Part shown: positions 1 to 12,526 of the stretch, piece after piece
Numbering within the stretch: the stretch's first letter is position 1
Layout: each line of letters opens with the position of its first letter
DNA from: an uncultured Acidimicrobiia bacterium
GTDB taxonomy: Bacteria; Actinomycetota; Acidimicrobiia; Acidimicrobiales; AC-14
DNA length: 64,000 nt
Assembly: GCA_963836205.1 (NCBI GenBank)
Contig: CAWIIV010000014.1
Coordinates: 213,342 to 277,341 of the forward strand
Reading direction: 5' to 3'
Made by a program: the position numbers and the translations under genes
Notes under the pieces: model-generated
Told to the model about the DNA's origin: nothing
What the model saw: only the letters and a program-made list of their open reading frames with translations
The model's database searches: none

Positions 1-233
1 TCCTCCTTGTGGGGCAGGGTCACCGACAGCCCCCGGATGCCGAGGGCGCGCATGCCGGCCAGAGCGTCGGGCACCCGGCCGGGGGCGACCTCGAAGGCCA
101 GGTACACCCAGTCGAGCCCGAGGGCTCGGAAGGCGGCGTTGTGGATGGCGGGCGAACGGGAATGGCCGACGGGACTGCCGATGATGCCGGCGAGGTACGT
201 CCGGCAGCCGGCCTCCAACCGGGGCGAGCTCAG
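1..233 (-). CDS. aroE: shikimate dehydrogenase, N-terminal part (runs off window start; start codon uncertain, CTG 233 or TTG 218)
   Basis: Manual minus-strand translation gives GIIGSPVGHSRSPAIHNAAFRALGLDWVY...LSVTLPHKE. Follows mltG as in the usual actinobacterial alaS-ruvX-mltG-aroE order. Confidence 0.88.
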   Translation of the reverse strand, partial: MSSPRLEAGCRTYLAGIIGSPVGHSRSPAIHNAAFRALGLDWVYLAFEVAPGRVPDALAGMRALGIRGLSVTLPHKE

Positions 234-1252
234 CGGACGCCCTTTTGCTCGGCGAGGGCCTCGTTGCGGTTGTGCTCGGCCAGGCTGTCGGCGAACGTGT
301 GCAGGCCGTTGTCGTCGATGACCACGAAGTAGAGCCAGGAACCGGGCGTGGGCGCGACCGCCGCCGCCAGCGACTCCTGCCCGGGGGCGGCGATGGGTCC
401 GGGGGGCAGGCCGGCCACCTTGTAAGTGTTGTAGGGAGAGTCGATCTCGAGGTCGCTGAAGAGGAGCACGTCCTTCTGCTTACCCAGGGCGAACTGCACG
501 GTGGCGTCGATCTGCAGGGGCATCTCGATCTCCAGCCGGTTGTAGATGACCCGGGCCACCTTGCCCCGGTCCTCGTCGACCCGGGCCTCCCGCTCCACCA
601 TGGAGGCGACCACGATCACCTGGTAGGGCGTGACACCCATCCGGGCGGCGGCGCCGTTGACGTCGAGGCGGGTGGCCAGCGCGTCGAAGGCTTCCACCAT
701 CCGCCGGAGGATGGCGACCTCGTCGTCCTCGACGGCGAAGAAGTAGGTCTCGGGGAGGAGGAGCCCCTCCAGGCTGGCGCCGGCGCCCTGGTACTGCGAG
801 CGCACCGTGCCGCCCGCGGCCACCTGGAGGAACCGGTCGGCCGACCGCCCGGGCAGGGTGCCGACGAGCTGCGCCACCTCCTTCAGGGTGAGGCCCTCGG
901 GGATGGTGAGGGGCACACCCTTGTCGACCTCGGCCCCCCCTTCGAGGACCTTGACCACGGCGGCCATGGACTCCCGCTGGTGGAGCGTGTAGTCGCCCGC
1001 CTCCACCGTGCCCAGGCCGTTGAGCTTCACGTAGTACCGGAAGACCGAGGCGCTGGTGATAACACCGGTGCGCTCCAGGAGGGTGCCGATCTCCCCGGTG
1101 GACATGCCCTGCTCCACCGTGATGGCCACCTCCGCCCCCGGCTGGCCCGGCGGGTCGACCTGGCGCTGGTACCAGAAGGCCGCCGCGCCCACCGCGACCA
1201 CGAAGGCCAGGAACATCGCCGCCAGGACGTAAGGCCACCTGCGGCGGGTCAC
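230..1252 (-). CDS. mltG: endolytic transglycosylase MltG (YceG family)
   Basis: N-terminal TM helix; LTIPEG, LEGLLLPETY, ASMVERE, LQIDATVQF and SPYNTY...GLPPGPI motifs. GTG start overlaps the ruvX stop (GTGA). Confidence 0.93.
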   Translation of the reverse strand: MTRRRWPYVLAAMFLAFVVAVGAAAFWYQRQVDPPGQPGAEVAITVEQGMSTGEIGTLLERTGVITSASVFRYYVKLNGLGTVEAGDYTLHQRESMAAVVKVLEGGAEVDKGVPLTIPEGLTLKEVAQLVGTLPGRSADRFLQVAAGGTVRSQYQGAGASLEGLLLPETYFFAVEDDEVAILRRMVEAFDALATRLDVNGAAARMGVTPYQVIVVASMVEREARVDEDRGKVARVIYNRLEIEMPLQIDATVQFALGKQKDVLLFSDLEIDSPYNTYKVAGLPPGPIAAPGQESLAAAVAPTPGSWLYFVVIDDNGLHTFADSLAEHNRNEALAEQKGVR

Positions 1253-1742
1253 CCGGCTGTCCCCGTTCCCCTTCCGCCCTCGAGTCCCCGTCCGACTCCG
1301 CCGTCGAGGCCCCGTCCGCCGTCGAGGCCCCGTCCGCCGTCGAGCCATGCCTGGAGGAGTACGGCCGCCGCCACCTGGTCGACGACCCGGCGCCGGTTCC
1401 GACCCGTGACCCCGGCCCCGGCCAGCGAGCGTTGGGCGCTCACCGTCGTCAGCCGCTCGTCGAACAGCTCGACGGCCACGTCGCCCCCCAGGGCCGCGGC
1501 CAGGGCGGTGGCCTCGGTCCGGGCCCACGTCGCGGCCGGCCCTTCCGACCCGTCGAGCGAGAGGGGCAGGCCCACGACAACCCGCTCGGCGCCGAGCTCC
1601 CGAATCTCGGCGACCAGCCGGGCCCGGTCGCGGGCCTCGTCGCCGGTGCGCGCCACGGTGGTGGACGGGACGGCCGTCACCCCCCCCGAGTCGCTCACGG
1701 CCACCCCGACGCGCTGCCTCCCCAGGTCCAAGCCCACGACCC

Positions 1743-1746
<4 letters not shown>
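1249..1746 (-). CDS. ruvX: Holliday junction resolvase-like / pre-16S rRNA nuclease RuvX (YqgF)
   Basis: MRVVGLDLGRQRVGVAVSD, VVGLPL, DERLTT and VDQVAA motifs; ATGA overlap with the alaS stop. Confidence 0.93.
1298..1347. repeat. 18-bp tandem repeat (~2.7 copies) encoding LDGGRG repeats in the RuvX tail
   Basis: ccgccgtcgaggccccgt repeated; protein reads WLDGGRGLDGGRGLDGG. Confidence 0.8.
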
Positions 1747-4343
<2,597 letters not shown>

Positions 4344-4401
4344 TCCGGACCGCAGCCTAAAGGAAGCGGGAGTGTGACTTGGGAGTCTGAAGGCCGCCGG
4401 A

Positions 4402-4659
4402 CTAGGACGTTTGCCGCAGGTGGTTCTCGACGCGCAGCTCGCGCTCGCGCTGGCGGGCGGTCTGCCTGCCCTCGTCGACCGCGGCCCGGACGTGCGCCAC
4501 CCGCCCCTTCACCGCCGACGTGGCCCCGTCCACCAGGAGGCGGGGGGAATCCCGCCAGGGGATGCGCAGGGTGGCCCGGCCGGCGGTGTCGACGATCACG
4601 TAGGCGACGCGATACCCGACCGCGAAGGCGAGGATGAAGAGGATCGACCGTCTGAACAC
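4402..4659 (-). CDS. small membrane protein (DUF6167-like by position upstream of alaS)
   Basis: 85-aa ORF with hydrophobic N-terminus and basic/coiled C-terminus; conserved position between the DUF948 gene and alaS in actinobacteria. Confidence 0.6.
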   Translation of the reverse strand: MFRRSILFILAFAVGYRVAYVIVDTAGRATLRIPWRDSPRLLVDGATSAVKGRVAHVRAAVDEGRQTARQRERELRVENHLRQTS

Positions 4660-4698
4660 GGTTCGACGCTACCGCCCCCGAGGGCCGGTTGGCGGCCG

Positions 4699-5052
4699 CT
4701 ACGGCTTCTGCCGGAACCGGTGCCAGGCCTTGGCCACGCCGGCCCCGGTGGCCAGGGCCTTCACCACCGGGCTGCCGATGGTGTTGTGGGCCAGCCGGGA
4801 CGCCCCGTCGACCGTCCCCGCGATCCCCTCGACGGTGGTGAGGAGGTCGTCGACCCGGTCGAGGTCGAACGACGCCTTCTGGACGGCGACGTGGGCGTCG
4901 GCGAGCGCCGGCATGGCCGCCCGGTGGACGTCGTCGACCACCCGGCCGATGGTGGCCAGGGTGCGGGACGCGGCGTAGAGCACGAGCACCAGCCCGACGG
5001 CGCCGATGACGGTGGCCACCACGAAGATGAGGGCCGCCACCTCCACGCTCAC
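4699..5052 (-). CDS. DUF948-like membrane-anchored protein
   Basis: VSVEVAALIFVVATVIGAVGLVLVL TM then amphipathic helices. Its GTG overlaps the true rarA stop (GTGA at 5049-5052). The fusion to rarA in the ORF track is due to a frameshift. Confidence 0.65.
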   Translation of the reverse strand: MSVEVAALIFVVATVIGAVGLVLVLYAASRTLATIGRVVDDVHRAAMPALADAHVAVQKASFDLDRVDDLLTTVEGIAGTVDGASRLAHNTIGSPVVKALATGAGVAKAWHRFRQKP

Positions 5053-6357
5053 TGGTCGTCGGGCCCGGCGTCGGTGTGGCGCATGCGCTCGGCGATCTCC
5101 TGTTCGAAGCCGTGGGGGGAGGGCTGGTAGTAGACCCTTCCCTCCAGCCCGGGGGGGCGGTACGTCTGGGGCACCCACCCGCGGGTCGTCGTGAGGATAG
5201 TCGTAGCCCACTCCGTGACCGAGCTTGCGGGCCCCGAAGTAGGCCGAGCTGCGCAGGTGGGCCGGCACCTCTCCCGCGGGCCGGTTCTTCACGTCGTCCA
5301 TCGCCGCCCCGAGCGCCCGCGTCACCCGGTTCGACTTGGGTGCGGTGGCCAGGTGGATCACGGCCTGGGCCAGGTTGAGCTGGGCCTCGGGCAGGCCCAC
5401 GAACTCCACCGCCCGGGCCGCGGAGTCGGCCACCACCAGGGCCATGGGGTCGGCCATGCCCACGTCCTCCGACGCCAGGATCACCAGCCGGCGGGCGATG
5501 AAGCGGGCGTCCTCCCCCGCCTCCAGCATCCGGGCCAGCCAGTAGAGGCCGGCGTCGGCGTCCGATCCCCGGATCGACTTGATGAACGCCGAGACCACGT
5601 CGTAGTGGTCGTCGCGCTCGTAGCGCAGGGCCCGGGCGTCGAGGGCGGCCTCGGCCTCGGCCAGGGTGACGGCCCGCTTGTCGCCGGCGAGGGCGACCGC
5701 CACCTCGAGGGCGTTGAGGGCGGTGCGGGCGTCACCGTCGGACCGGTTGACGAGGTGGTCGAGGGCCTCGTCGTCGGCCGTGGCCCGCTCCGCCTCCAGG
5801 CCCCGGTGGAGGAGCGCCCGGACCGCCTCCGGCGACAGGCCGTGGAGCCGGAACAGGCTCGAGCGCGACAGGAGCGGGGCGTTGACCTCGAAGTACGGGT
5901 TCTCGGTGGTGGCGCCGATGAGCGTGAGCAGCCCGTCCTCCACGTGGGGGAGGAGGGCGTCCTGCTGGGCCTTGTTGAAGCGGTGGACCTCGTCGAGGAA
6001 CAGGATCGTCCCCTGGCCCTGCTCGCCCAGGCGGGACTTGGCCCGGGCCACCACCTCCCGCACGTCCTTCACCCCGGCGTTGACGGCCGACAGGGTCTCG
6101 AAGGAACGGGAGGTCACGCCGGCGATGAGGCGGGCGAGGGTGGTCTTGCCCGTCCCCGGCGGTCCCCACAGGATCACCGACGTGAGCCGGTCGGCCTCGA
6201 TCAGCCGCCGCAGGGGCGCCCCCGGGCCGAGGAGGTGCTCCTGGCCCACCATCTCGTCGAGGGTGCGGGGCCGCAGGCGGGCGGCGAGGGGCGCCTGCCG
6301 CTTGAGCCGCTCCTTCATGGCAGCCCCGAAGAGATCGCCGCCGGCCGCGTCGGTCAT
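5049..6357 (-). CDS. rarA: replication-associated recombination protein A (frameshift at ~5180)
   Basis: PLAARLRP, GPPGTGKTT, FLDEVHRF, ATTENP, SAFIKSIRGSD. The canonical C-terminus WVPQTYRPPGLEGRVYYQP...EQEI continues in another frame to TGA at 5049. Confidence 0.92.
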
Positions 6358-6986
6358 CCGCCGGCGAGACCCTCCGCCAACAGCCGGTCGAGGTCGACGG
6401 CGCGCACCCCGCCCAGGATCCGCGACCGGACGATGCCGTCGGGGTCGACGAGGAACGACTCCGGCACCCCGCTCACCCCGAAGTGGAGGGCGATGCTGCC
6501 CCCGGGGTCGGTGAGCATGGGCCACTCCCCCCCCTCGTCGGCGCGGAACTCCTTCACCGCCTGGGACGAATCGCTGAAGACCACCCCGATCACGGCCGCG
6601 TCGCCGGCCGCCTGGTGGGTCTCGTGGAACGTCACCAGCTCGCTGTGCTCGATCCGGCAGGGGACGCACCAGGTGGCGAAGAAGTTCACCACCACCCATC
6701 TCCCCTTGAGGTCGGAGAGCTTGACCGCGTCGCCGTCGATGGTGGCCGACTCGGCTACCGGGGCGGGCTTGCCGAGCAGCGGCGAGCGCACCGTCCGGGT
6801 GCTGGCCTCGGGCCGGGTGGCGAGCACGACGACCAGGAGGAACACCGGCACCGCCACCCCGACCGCGATCCACAGCGCCCGCCGGGTGCGGCGGATGCCG
6901 GTGACCGTGGGGCTGTCGTTCGCAGGTGGGCGGTCGTCGGCGGACGGGCGGTCGTCGTCGCTGGGCGGGTTGTCGTCGGGAGTCAT
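6354..6986 (-). CDS. TlpA/ResA-family membrane-anchored thiol-disulfide oxidoreductase
   Basis: TM helix, VVVNFFATWCVPC (CxxC), GVPESFLVD; translationally coupled to ccdA. Confidence 0.9.
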   Translation of the reverse strand: MTPDDNPPSDDDRPSADDRPPANDSPTVTGIRRTRRALWIAVGVAVPVFLLVVVLATRPEASTRTVRSPLLGKPAPVAESATIDGDAVKLSDLKGRWVVVNFFATWCVPCRIEHSELVTFHETHQAAGDAAVIGVVFSDSSQAVKEFRADEGGEWPMLTDPGGSIALHFGVSGVPESFLVDPDGIVRSRILGGVRAVDLDRLLAEGLAGG

Positions 6987-7714
6987 ACGGGCGGCCATCC
7001 GAGGCGGGCGAACCAGCGTTGCAGGGGGACGAAGAAACCCTGCCAGCGCCCGGTGAGGAACAACAAACCGACTGCCACTAGCAGCAGTCCGCCCGCGATC
7101 TCGATCCGCCGCCCGTTGCGCCGCAGCCAGGCCAACGACCGGGTGGCCTTGGAGAACCCCAGGGCCAGGAGGACGAAGGGCACGCCCAGCCCGGCCGAGT
7201 ACAGGAGCAGGAGGACGCCGCCCCACACCGCCCCCCCGTTGCTGACCGCGGCGGTGGCCAGGATGGTGGCCAGCACCGGTCCGATGCACGGCGCCCACCC
7301 GGCGGCGAAGGCCATGCCGAGGGGGAACGCCCACGCCGCCCCCCGGGGCACCCGGGCCATGTCGAGCCGCTTCTCCCGCTGGAGGAGCGGCACCCGCAGC
7401 ACGCCGAGGGTCGACAGCCCGAGGCCCACGATGACCACGCCGAAGACCCGGACGATGGTGTCCTGGTTGCGGAGGAAGATGTTCCCCAGCAGGCTGGCCC
7501 CCACCCCCAGGGCGGTGAAGACGAGGCTGAAACCGCCCACGAAGAGCAGGGCCGCCTTGAGGGTGACGCCCCGGGCCTGGCGCTCGCCCAGCTCCGATAC
7601 CGGCAGGGCCGACACGTACGACAGGTAGCCGGGCAGGAGGGGCAGGCAGCAGGGCGAGCTGAACGACAGCAGCCCGGCCACCACGGCCAGGATGGGCAGG
7701 GTGACGGTATCCAT
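6983..7714 (-). CDS. ccdA: cytochrome c biogenesis protein CcdA
   Basis: AGLLSFSSPCCLPLLPGYL and WAPCIGPVL motifs; about six TM segments. Confidence 0.92.
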   Translation of the reverse strand: MDTVTLPILAVVAGLLSFSSPCCLPLLPGYLSYVSALPVSELGERQARGVTLKAALLFVGGFSLVFTALGVGASLLGNIFLRNQDTIVRVFGVVIVGLGLSTLGVLRVPLLQREKRLDMARVPRGAAWAFPLGMAFAAGWAPCIGPVLATILATAAVSNGGAVWGGVLLLLYSAGLGVPFVLLALGFSKATRSLAWLRRNGRRIEIAGGLLLVAVGLLFLTGRWQGFFVPLQRWFARLGWPPV

Positions 7715-7841
7715 AGGTCAGACCCTGGAGGCGCCGCTCGGGGATCGTCGGCCGGGCCGGCCCCGAATCGCGGTCACAAAGGCCACGTTACCGCCGGGCC
7801 GAGCCGTTCCCCCCTCGGTGCCCGCCCGCCGCGGGCCCGCC

Positions 7842-7960
7842 CTCCAACCGGTGACGTTTTCGGGCGCCCTGGCAACCGTTCGTGTCACCAGTTCGGAGGG
7901 GCTCTCCAACCGGTGACGTTTTCGGTCGCCCTGGCAACCGTTCGTGTCACCGGTTCGGGA
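7842..7960. repeat. tandem pair of 62-bp REP-like palindromic units
   Basis: ctccAACCGGTGAC...GTCACC(A/G)GTT unit at 7842 and 7904; each unit is an imperfect inverted repeat. Confidence 0.85.
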
Positions 7961-7991
7961 CGGTGCTCCCGGCCGTGCGAGCATCGTCGCC

Positions 7992-8717
7992 GTGGCCGAC
8001 GTCCGGGGGGTGCTCTTCGACTTCTACGGGACGCTCGCCCGGGCCGTCGTGTGGGGCGAGACCCACGAGGAGATCTTCGCCCGCCGGGGACTGCCCGGCC
8101 CGGGGGCGGTATGGGGCAGCCAGTGGGTGGGTGGGGCGGTCGACGGCGAGGAGCACGTCGAGCACTCGGCCAGCCGGGAGGCCTACGTGGCCTGGGAGCT
8201 CGAACGGCTGCGCATCCGGGCCCGGGCCTGCGGTGTCGGCGACGACGAGCTGGAGCCCCTGGTGGCCGACCTCCACCGGGCCTCCAAGACCTACACCCTC
8301 GCCGCCTACGACGAGGTCGCCGACGTCCTGGCCGAGCTCCGCCGGCGGGGGCTGGTGCTGGCCGTGTGCTCCAACTGGGACTGGGACCTGGCCCAGCAGG
8401 TGGCCAACGTCGGCCTCGACACCCTGGTCGACGAGATCGTGTCGTCCGCCCACGCCGGCGCCCGCAAGCCCCATCCCCGCATCTTCGAGCACACCCTCGA
8501 CCGCTGCCGGCTGGAGCCCCCGGAGACCCTCTTCGTGGGCGACACCTGGGGCCCCGACGTGGTAGGGCCCCTGGCCGCGGGTATCCGCCCGGTGCACCTG
8601 TTCCGTGACGACCAGGCCGAGCGGGCCCGCGAGTCGGGCCTGGAGGCGTTGGCCCCGCCTCTACCCGAGGGCGTGGTCCGCGCCCCCGACCTCCGGGCCC
8701 TGCTCGACCTGACCTGA
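7992..8717 (+). CDS. HAD-family hydrolase
   Basis: Motif I VLFDFYGTL, motif II VCSNWD, KPHPRIF, motif IV VGDTWGPD. Confidence 0.9.
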   Translation: MADVRGVLFDFYGTLARAVVWGETHEEIFARRGLPGPGAVWGSQWVGGAVDGEEHVEHSASREAYVAWELERLRIRARACGVGDDELEPLVADLHRASKTYTLAAYDEVADVLAELRRRGLVLAVCSNWDWDLAQQVANVGLDTLVDEIVSSAHAGARKPHPRIFEHTLDRCRLEPPETLFVGDTWGPDVVGPLAAGIRPVHLFRDDQAERARESGLEALAPPLPEGVVRAPDLRALLDLT

Positions 8718-8732
8718 CGAGGCCGCCGACCG

Positions 8733-9134
8733 TCAGCCGGGGAGGAAGCTCAGCCGCACCCGGCGTCGGGGGTTGTCGCGGTTGAGGTCGACCAGCACCA
8801 CGCTCTGCCACGTGCCGAGGAGGGGCCGGCCATCCGCCACCGGGATCGACAGCGACGGGCTGACCAGCACCGGCAGCAGGTGGTCGGCGCCGTGGCCGGG
8901 CGCGCCGTGGCGGTGGCGGTAACGGTCGTCGCGGGGCAGCAACCGCTCCAGCAGCTCGGCCAGGTCGGCCTCCGAACCCGACCCGAGCTCCATGAGGGCC
9001 ACCCCGGCGGTGGCGTGGGGGACGAAGACGTGCACCAGCCCGTCGCCGAGGGGCCGGCAGAACTGGGCGACCCCCTCGGTGAGGTCGGTGAGCGGGCGCC
9101 CCGACGTGTCGAGGGTGAGCTCGGTTGTCCTCAG
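8733..9134 (-). CDS. YjbQ (UPF0047) family protein
   Basis: HVFVPHATAG, HGADHL and LGTWQSVVLVD motifs; the frame is open upstream to CTG at 9134. Confidence 0.85.
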   Translation of the reverse strand: MRTTELTLDTSGRPLTDLTEGVAQFCRPLGDGLVHVFVPHATAGVALMELGSGSEADLAELLERLLPRDDRYRHRHGAPGHGADHLLPVLVSPSLSIPVADGRPLLGTWQSVVLVDLNRDNPRRRVRLSFLPG

Positions 9135-11878
9135 GCCTCAGTCCTCGGCCGGATGGTCCCGGGCCTCGTTCCCGCCAGCCTCGTTCCCGGCGCCCTCGTT
9201 CCCGCCAGCTCGTTCCCGGCAGCCTCGGTCCCGGCGGGCGCGTCTCCGGCGGCACCGTTGGCGTCGGGACCGGTGGCGTCGACCGCCCCGTTGCCCTCGA
9301 CCGGCCGGTGGACCTCGACCGTGCCGTTGGTGTCCTCGACCGTGTCCGGCCACACCGGCGGCGGCGGGGGGATGATCGGCGGCACCGGCGGTACGGGCGC
9401 CACACTCGGCGGCCGCGACCACGGCGACGGCCCCGCGTAGGTGCCGTCGGGGCGGACCACGATCGGCTCCAGCCCGCCGTCGGGCCGGCGTTGGCCGTTG
9501 AGCCGGGGCAGGGGGATCTCGAAGACGCCGTGGCCCTGGTGGGCGGCGATGGCCTGGACGTGGTACTCCTCGACCACGCGGGCGAACTCGGGGTCGGCGT
9601 AGACCCGCCCGTCGATCAGGGGTCCGGGCCGGCCCTCGATGATGGCCTCGATGTCGTCGCCGGTGACCGTCTTGTGGGTCTCCAGGGCGTGGGCGACGGC
9701 CAGCACCGAGATGCGGTTGGCCCTGAGCAGTTCGTCCACCCGCTTGAGCAACTGCTCCAGATTCGCCTCGATGCGCTCGCCCAGGCCGCCGTGGAGCAAA
9801 TCGGCCTCGTTCTTGGGACCCTTGCCGTCGCCGCCCTTGCCCGGACGGCCGCCGCCGCCGATGCCGACCTTCTGGGTGACGCCGTGGGACGTGACGGTGG
9901 AGCCCATGCCCCAGTAGCCCTCCATGAGGGTGGCGATCTGGGTCGCGCTCTCGAGGTCGCCGGAAACGCCCGACGAGTTGTCGCCGTCGAAGAACAGCCG
10001 CTCCCCCGCCAGCGACGCCAACGCCACCATCACGTCGGCCTCGTACTCCGTGCGCCAGCGGGTGAACTGGTCCTCGGGCGGGATCGACGCCACCATGCCC
10101 AGGTAGGTGCCGCCCTTCTCGATGGTGGCGATGTCGATGGTGAGGTGGCGGCGGACCCGGAAGGCGGTGACCGCGTGGCAGGCCTCGTGGACCGCGACCG
10201 CGTGGCGCTCGCGCTCGATGTACTCGACGTCCTCCGGCGGGCCCAGGTCCTTGAGCTGCTTGGCCTTGACCACGTCGGACCAGCGGATCTCCTCCCGGCC
10301 GTCGCGGATGGCGTTGATCAGGGCCTCGTTGACGAGGTCCTTGATCGTGGCCCCGGTGGCGTAGGGGGTGATGGTGGCCAGCTTGTCGATCTCGGTGGGC
10401 GTGAGGGTGTGGCGGACCTTGTCGAGGTAGCCCTCGTAGGTGCGGATCCGGCCCGCCTTGGACGGGTAACCCACCTTGTAGATGCGATCGATGCGGCCGG
10501 GGCGGAGCAGGGCCTCGTCGAGCGCCTGGGGCATGTTGGTGGCCATCATGACCATGATCCGGTACTTGGGCGGCGGCTTCGGGCGCATGCCGAGGGTGCG
10601 CCGCACCACCCGGTTCATGAAGCCGCGGGGCTTCTTCAGGCCCGACAGCTCGGTGAGCAGGGCCTGGAGGGTGCCCATCCCCCCGCCGCCGCCCATCCCC
10701 GCGATGATGCGGTTGCGGACGCCGCGCCGGGGCTCGTCGCCCGTGCTGTGCTCCATGGCGTTGCGGAACAGCAGCGAGGCGGTGTCCTGCGACAGGTACG
10801 ACATGCCGTTGCACCCGGTGTGAGCGGCGTGGGAGAACGGCGAGCCGGCGGCGCCGAAGCCCTGGCCCGAAAGCGGTCCGCCCTCGGAGATCTGGCCCCG
10901 GCTGCCGAGGGAGTCGGCCTCGTCGAAGAAGACGATGACCCCGCCGTAGCGCACGGCCAGCTTGCGCAGCTTGCGGAACAGGGACTTGACCTTGAGGATG
11001 CCGACGCCCATGAACATCTGGATGAAGGCGCCGGGGTCGACGAACACGTAGGGCTTGCCCGTCTCACCCGCCACCGCCTCGGCCATCAGGGTCTTGCCGG
11101 TGCCGGGGGGACCCCACAGCAGCAGGCCGCCGGGGACGTAGCCGCCCTTCTCCTCGATGGCGTCGGGCGCCTCCAGGAAGAGCATGTTCTCCTTGACCCG
11201 CTCGACCACCGGGTCCTGGCCCCAGACGTCGGAGAACCGGGTCTTGATGTCGTCGGGGAAGTACGTCTCCACGCCCCCCTTGGACAGGAACCAGAAGATG
11301 GCGACGAACTGCATCACCATGATGAACATGTAGAAGACGACCTGCAGCACCAGCGGCATCGCCGACCAGATGGTGCTCGGCAGCTCGAACAGGGCGAGGA
11401 CGGGCGACTGGTCGTTGGCCGCGCCGAGGATGATCGACACCAGGGCCAGCAGCGCCAGCCACTTCATGGCCCGGGCCATGCGGAACCGGGTCCAGTCGTT
11501 GAGCTTGCCCGACTTCTTCTCGATTCCGCCGAAGACGCCCTGGGCCCAGAACTGGTTGTAGCCGGCCGAGTGCTCGCTGACCACGTAGTGGAGCTGGCGC
11601 AGGCACTCCAGGAGGATCAGCAGCAGCAGCCACCACCGGTCCTGGAGGGCCTGGTTGAAGGCGTCGGCGATCGGGATGATCGGGTTGTCGATCACCGTCG
11701 CCCAGAAGAGGACGAACCACACCAGTCCCAGGGCGATCAGGAACTTGGAGCGGTCCCAGGTCGACATCGGCTTGCGGGTGCGCGGTTCCTCCCGCTCGCC
11801 CTTGTACTCGGGGGGAGGCGTGGGCCCGGTATCGGAGGAGGGCCAGGCCAGCCCCGGAGGTGTGCCGGTCGGACTCAT
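9131..11878 (-). CDS. FtsH-like membrane AAA+ zinc metalloprotease paralogue
   Basis: Multi-TM N-terminus, GPPGTGKT, FFDEAD, ALLRPGRIDR (SRH), HEACH zinc motif, GVSGDL; Pro/Ala-rich tail. Confidence 0.85.
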   Translation of the reverse strand: MSPTGTPPGLAWPSSDTGPTPPPEYKGEREEPRTRKPMSTWDRSKFLIALGLVWFVLFWATVIDNPIIPIADAFNQALQDRWWLLLLILLECLRQLHYVVSEHSAGYNQFWAQGVFGGIEKKSGKLNDWTRFRMARAMKWLALLALVSIILGAANDQSPVLALFELPSTIWSAMPLVLQVVFYMFIMVMQFVAIFWFLSKGGVETYFPDDIKTRFSDVWGQDPVVERVKENMLFLEAPDAIEEKGGYVPGGLLLWGPPGTGKTLMAEAVAGETGKPYVFVDPGAFIQMFMGVGILKVKSLFRKLRKLAVRYGGVIVFFDEADSLGSRGQISEGGPLSGQGFGAAGSPFSHAAHTGCNGMSYLSQDTASLLFRNAMEHSTGDEPRRGVRNRIIAGMGGGGGMGTLQALLTELSGLKKPRGFMNRVVRRTLGMRPKPPPKYRIMVMMATNMPQALDEALLRPGRIDRIYKVGYPSKAGRIRTYEGYLDKVRHTLTPTEIDKLATITPYATGATIKDLVNEALINAIRDGREEIRWSDVVKAKQLKDLGPPEDVEYIERERHAVAVHEACHAVTAFRVRRHLTIDIATIEKGGTYLGMVASIPPEDQFTRWRTEYEADVMVALASLAGERLFFDGDNSSGVSGDLESATQIATLMEGYWGMGSTVTSHGVTQKVGIGGGGRPGKGGDGKGPKNEADLLHGGLGERIEANLEQLLKRVDELLRANRISVLAVAHALETHKTVTGDDIEAIIEGRPGPLIDGRVYADPEFARVVEEYHVQAIAAHQGHGVFEIPLPRLNGQRRPDGGLEPIVVRPDGTYAGPSPWSRPPSVAPVPPVPPIIPPPPPVWPDTVEDTNGTVEVHRPVEGNGAVDATGPDANGAAGDAPAGTEAAGNELAGTRAPGTRLAGTRPGTIRPRTEA
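9164..9237. repeat. 15-bp tandem repeat (5 copies) in the FtsH-like tail
   Basis: cctcgttcccg(c/g)cag-type units. The fourth unit lacks one base, which shifts the AGNE repeat frame. Confidence 0.75.
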
Positions 11879-11893
11879 ATCACGGCTCCCTGC

Positions 11894-12526
11894 TCACGGT
11901 TGCTTGACGGTCCAGGAATCGGCGATCTCGGTGATCGTCCGCCGGTTCGCGGAGTAACAGTCGGCGGTGCAGCCGACGATGAAGAAGTAGACCTGGTTGG
12001 TGGCGGGGTCGACCAGGCCCGTCTGATCGACGGTAAAGGAGTTCTGCGTCCCCTGCACCGTGTAGACGATCCGCGTGCCCCGCAGGCCGTCGTCCTGGGT
12101 GAGCGTGTGCGGCCCGTCGACCACCTCGACGTCGCCCATCTCCTTGTCGAGGATCTCGTCGATGGGGATGACCTCGTTGCGGAGGGCGGCCAGCGAGAAG
12201 GTGTCGCGCTCCTCGATGTTGAGGCGCCGGACCCGCACCACGCCGAAGGGGTGGGCGGCCGTCTGCAGGTCGTGCTCGAGCGACGGCTTGGGATCGGCGT
12301 CGAAGATGGCGAGGTAGCGGAGGCCGCTCTCCTCCTCCGCGCTGAGCTGGGCCCCGGTGGACGCGATCACCTGCTGCTTGTCGAACAGCTCCCACTTCTC
12401 GGGGATCTTGTAATAGGCGTTGTTGGTGGACGCCTTCACGTACTTGTAGCCCGAGTCGGCGCAGCCGGCTGCCATCACGCCCACGAGCGCGATCGCGGAA
12501 ACCCGCGTCACCAGTCGCCTGATCAC
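11894..12526 (-). CDS. putative lipoprotein
   Basis: Signal peptide with lipobox MAAGC; GC-biased codon usage; lies just upstream of the FtsH-like gene. Confidence 0.75.
   Translation of the reverse strand: MIRRLVTRVSAIALVGVMAAGCADSGYKYVKASTNNAYYKIPEKWELFDKQQVIASTGAQLSAEEESGLRYLAIFDADPKPSLEHDLQTAAHPFGVVRVRRLNIEERDTFSLAALRNEVIPIDEILDKEMGDVEVVDGPHTLTQDDGLRGTRIVYTVQGTQNSFTVDQTGLVDPATNQVYFFIVGCTADCYSANRRTITEIADSWTVKQP

Noticed and set aside
4699-6873. RarA fused to a membrane domain (724-aa ORF)
   Set aside because: The canonical RarA C-terminus is present in another frame, ending at a GTGA overlap; the fusion comes from an indel.
7842-7960. Mini-CRISPR (also 18221-18335)
   Set aside because: Only two units per locus and the inner segments are the same in both units; better explained as REP-like palindromes.
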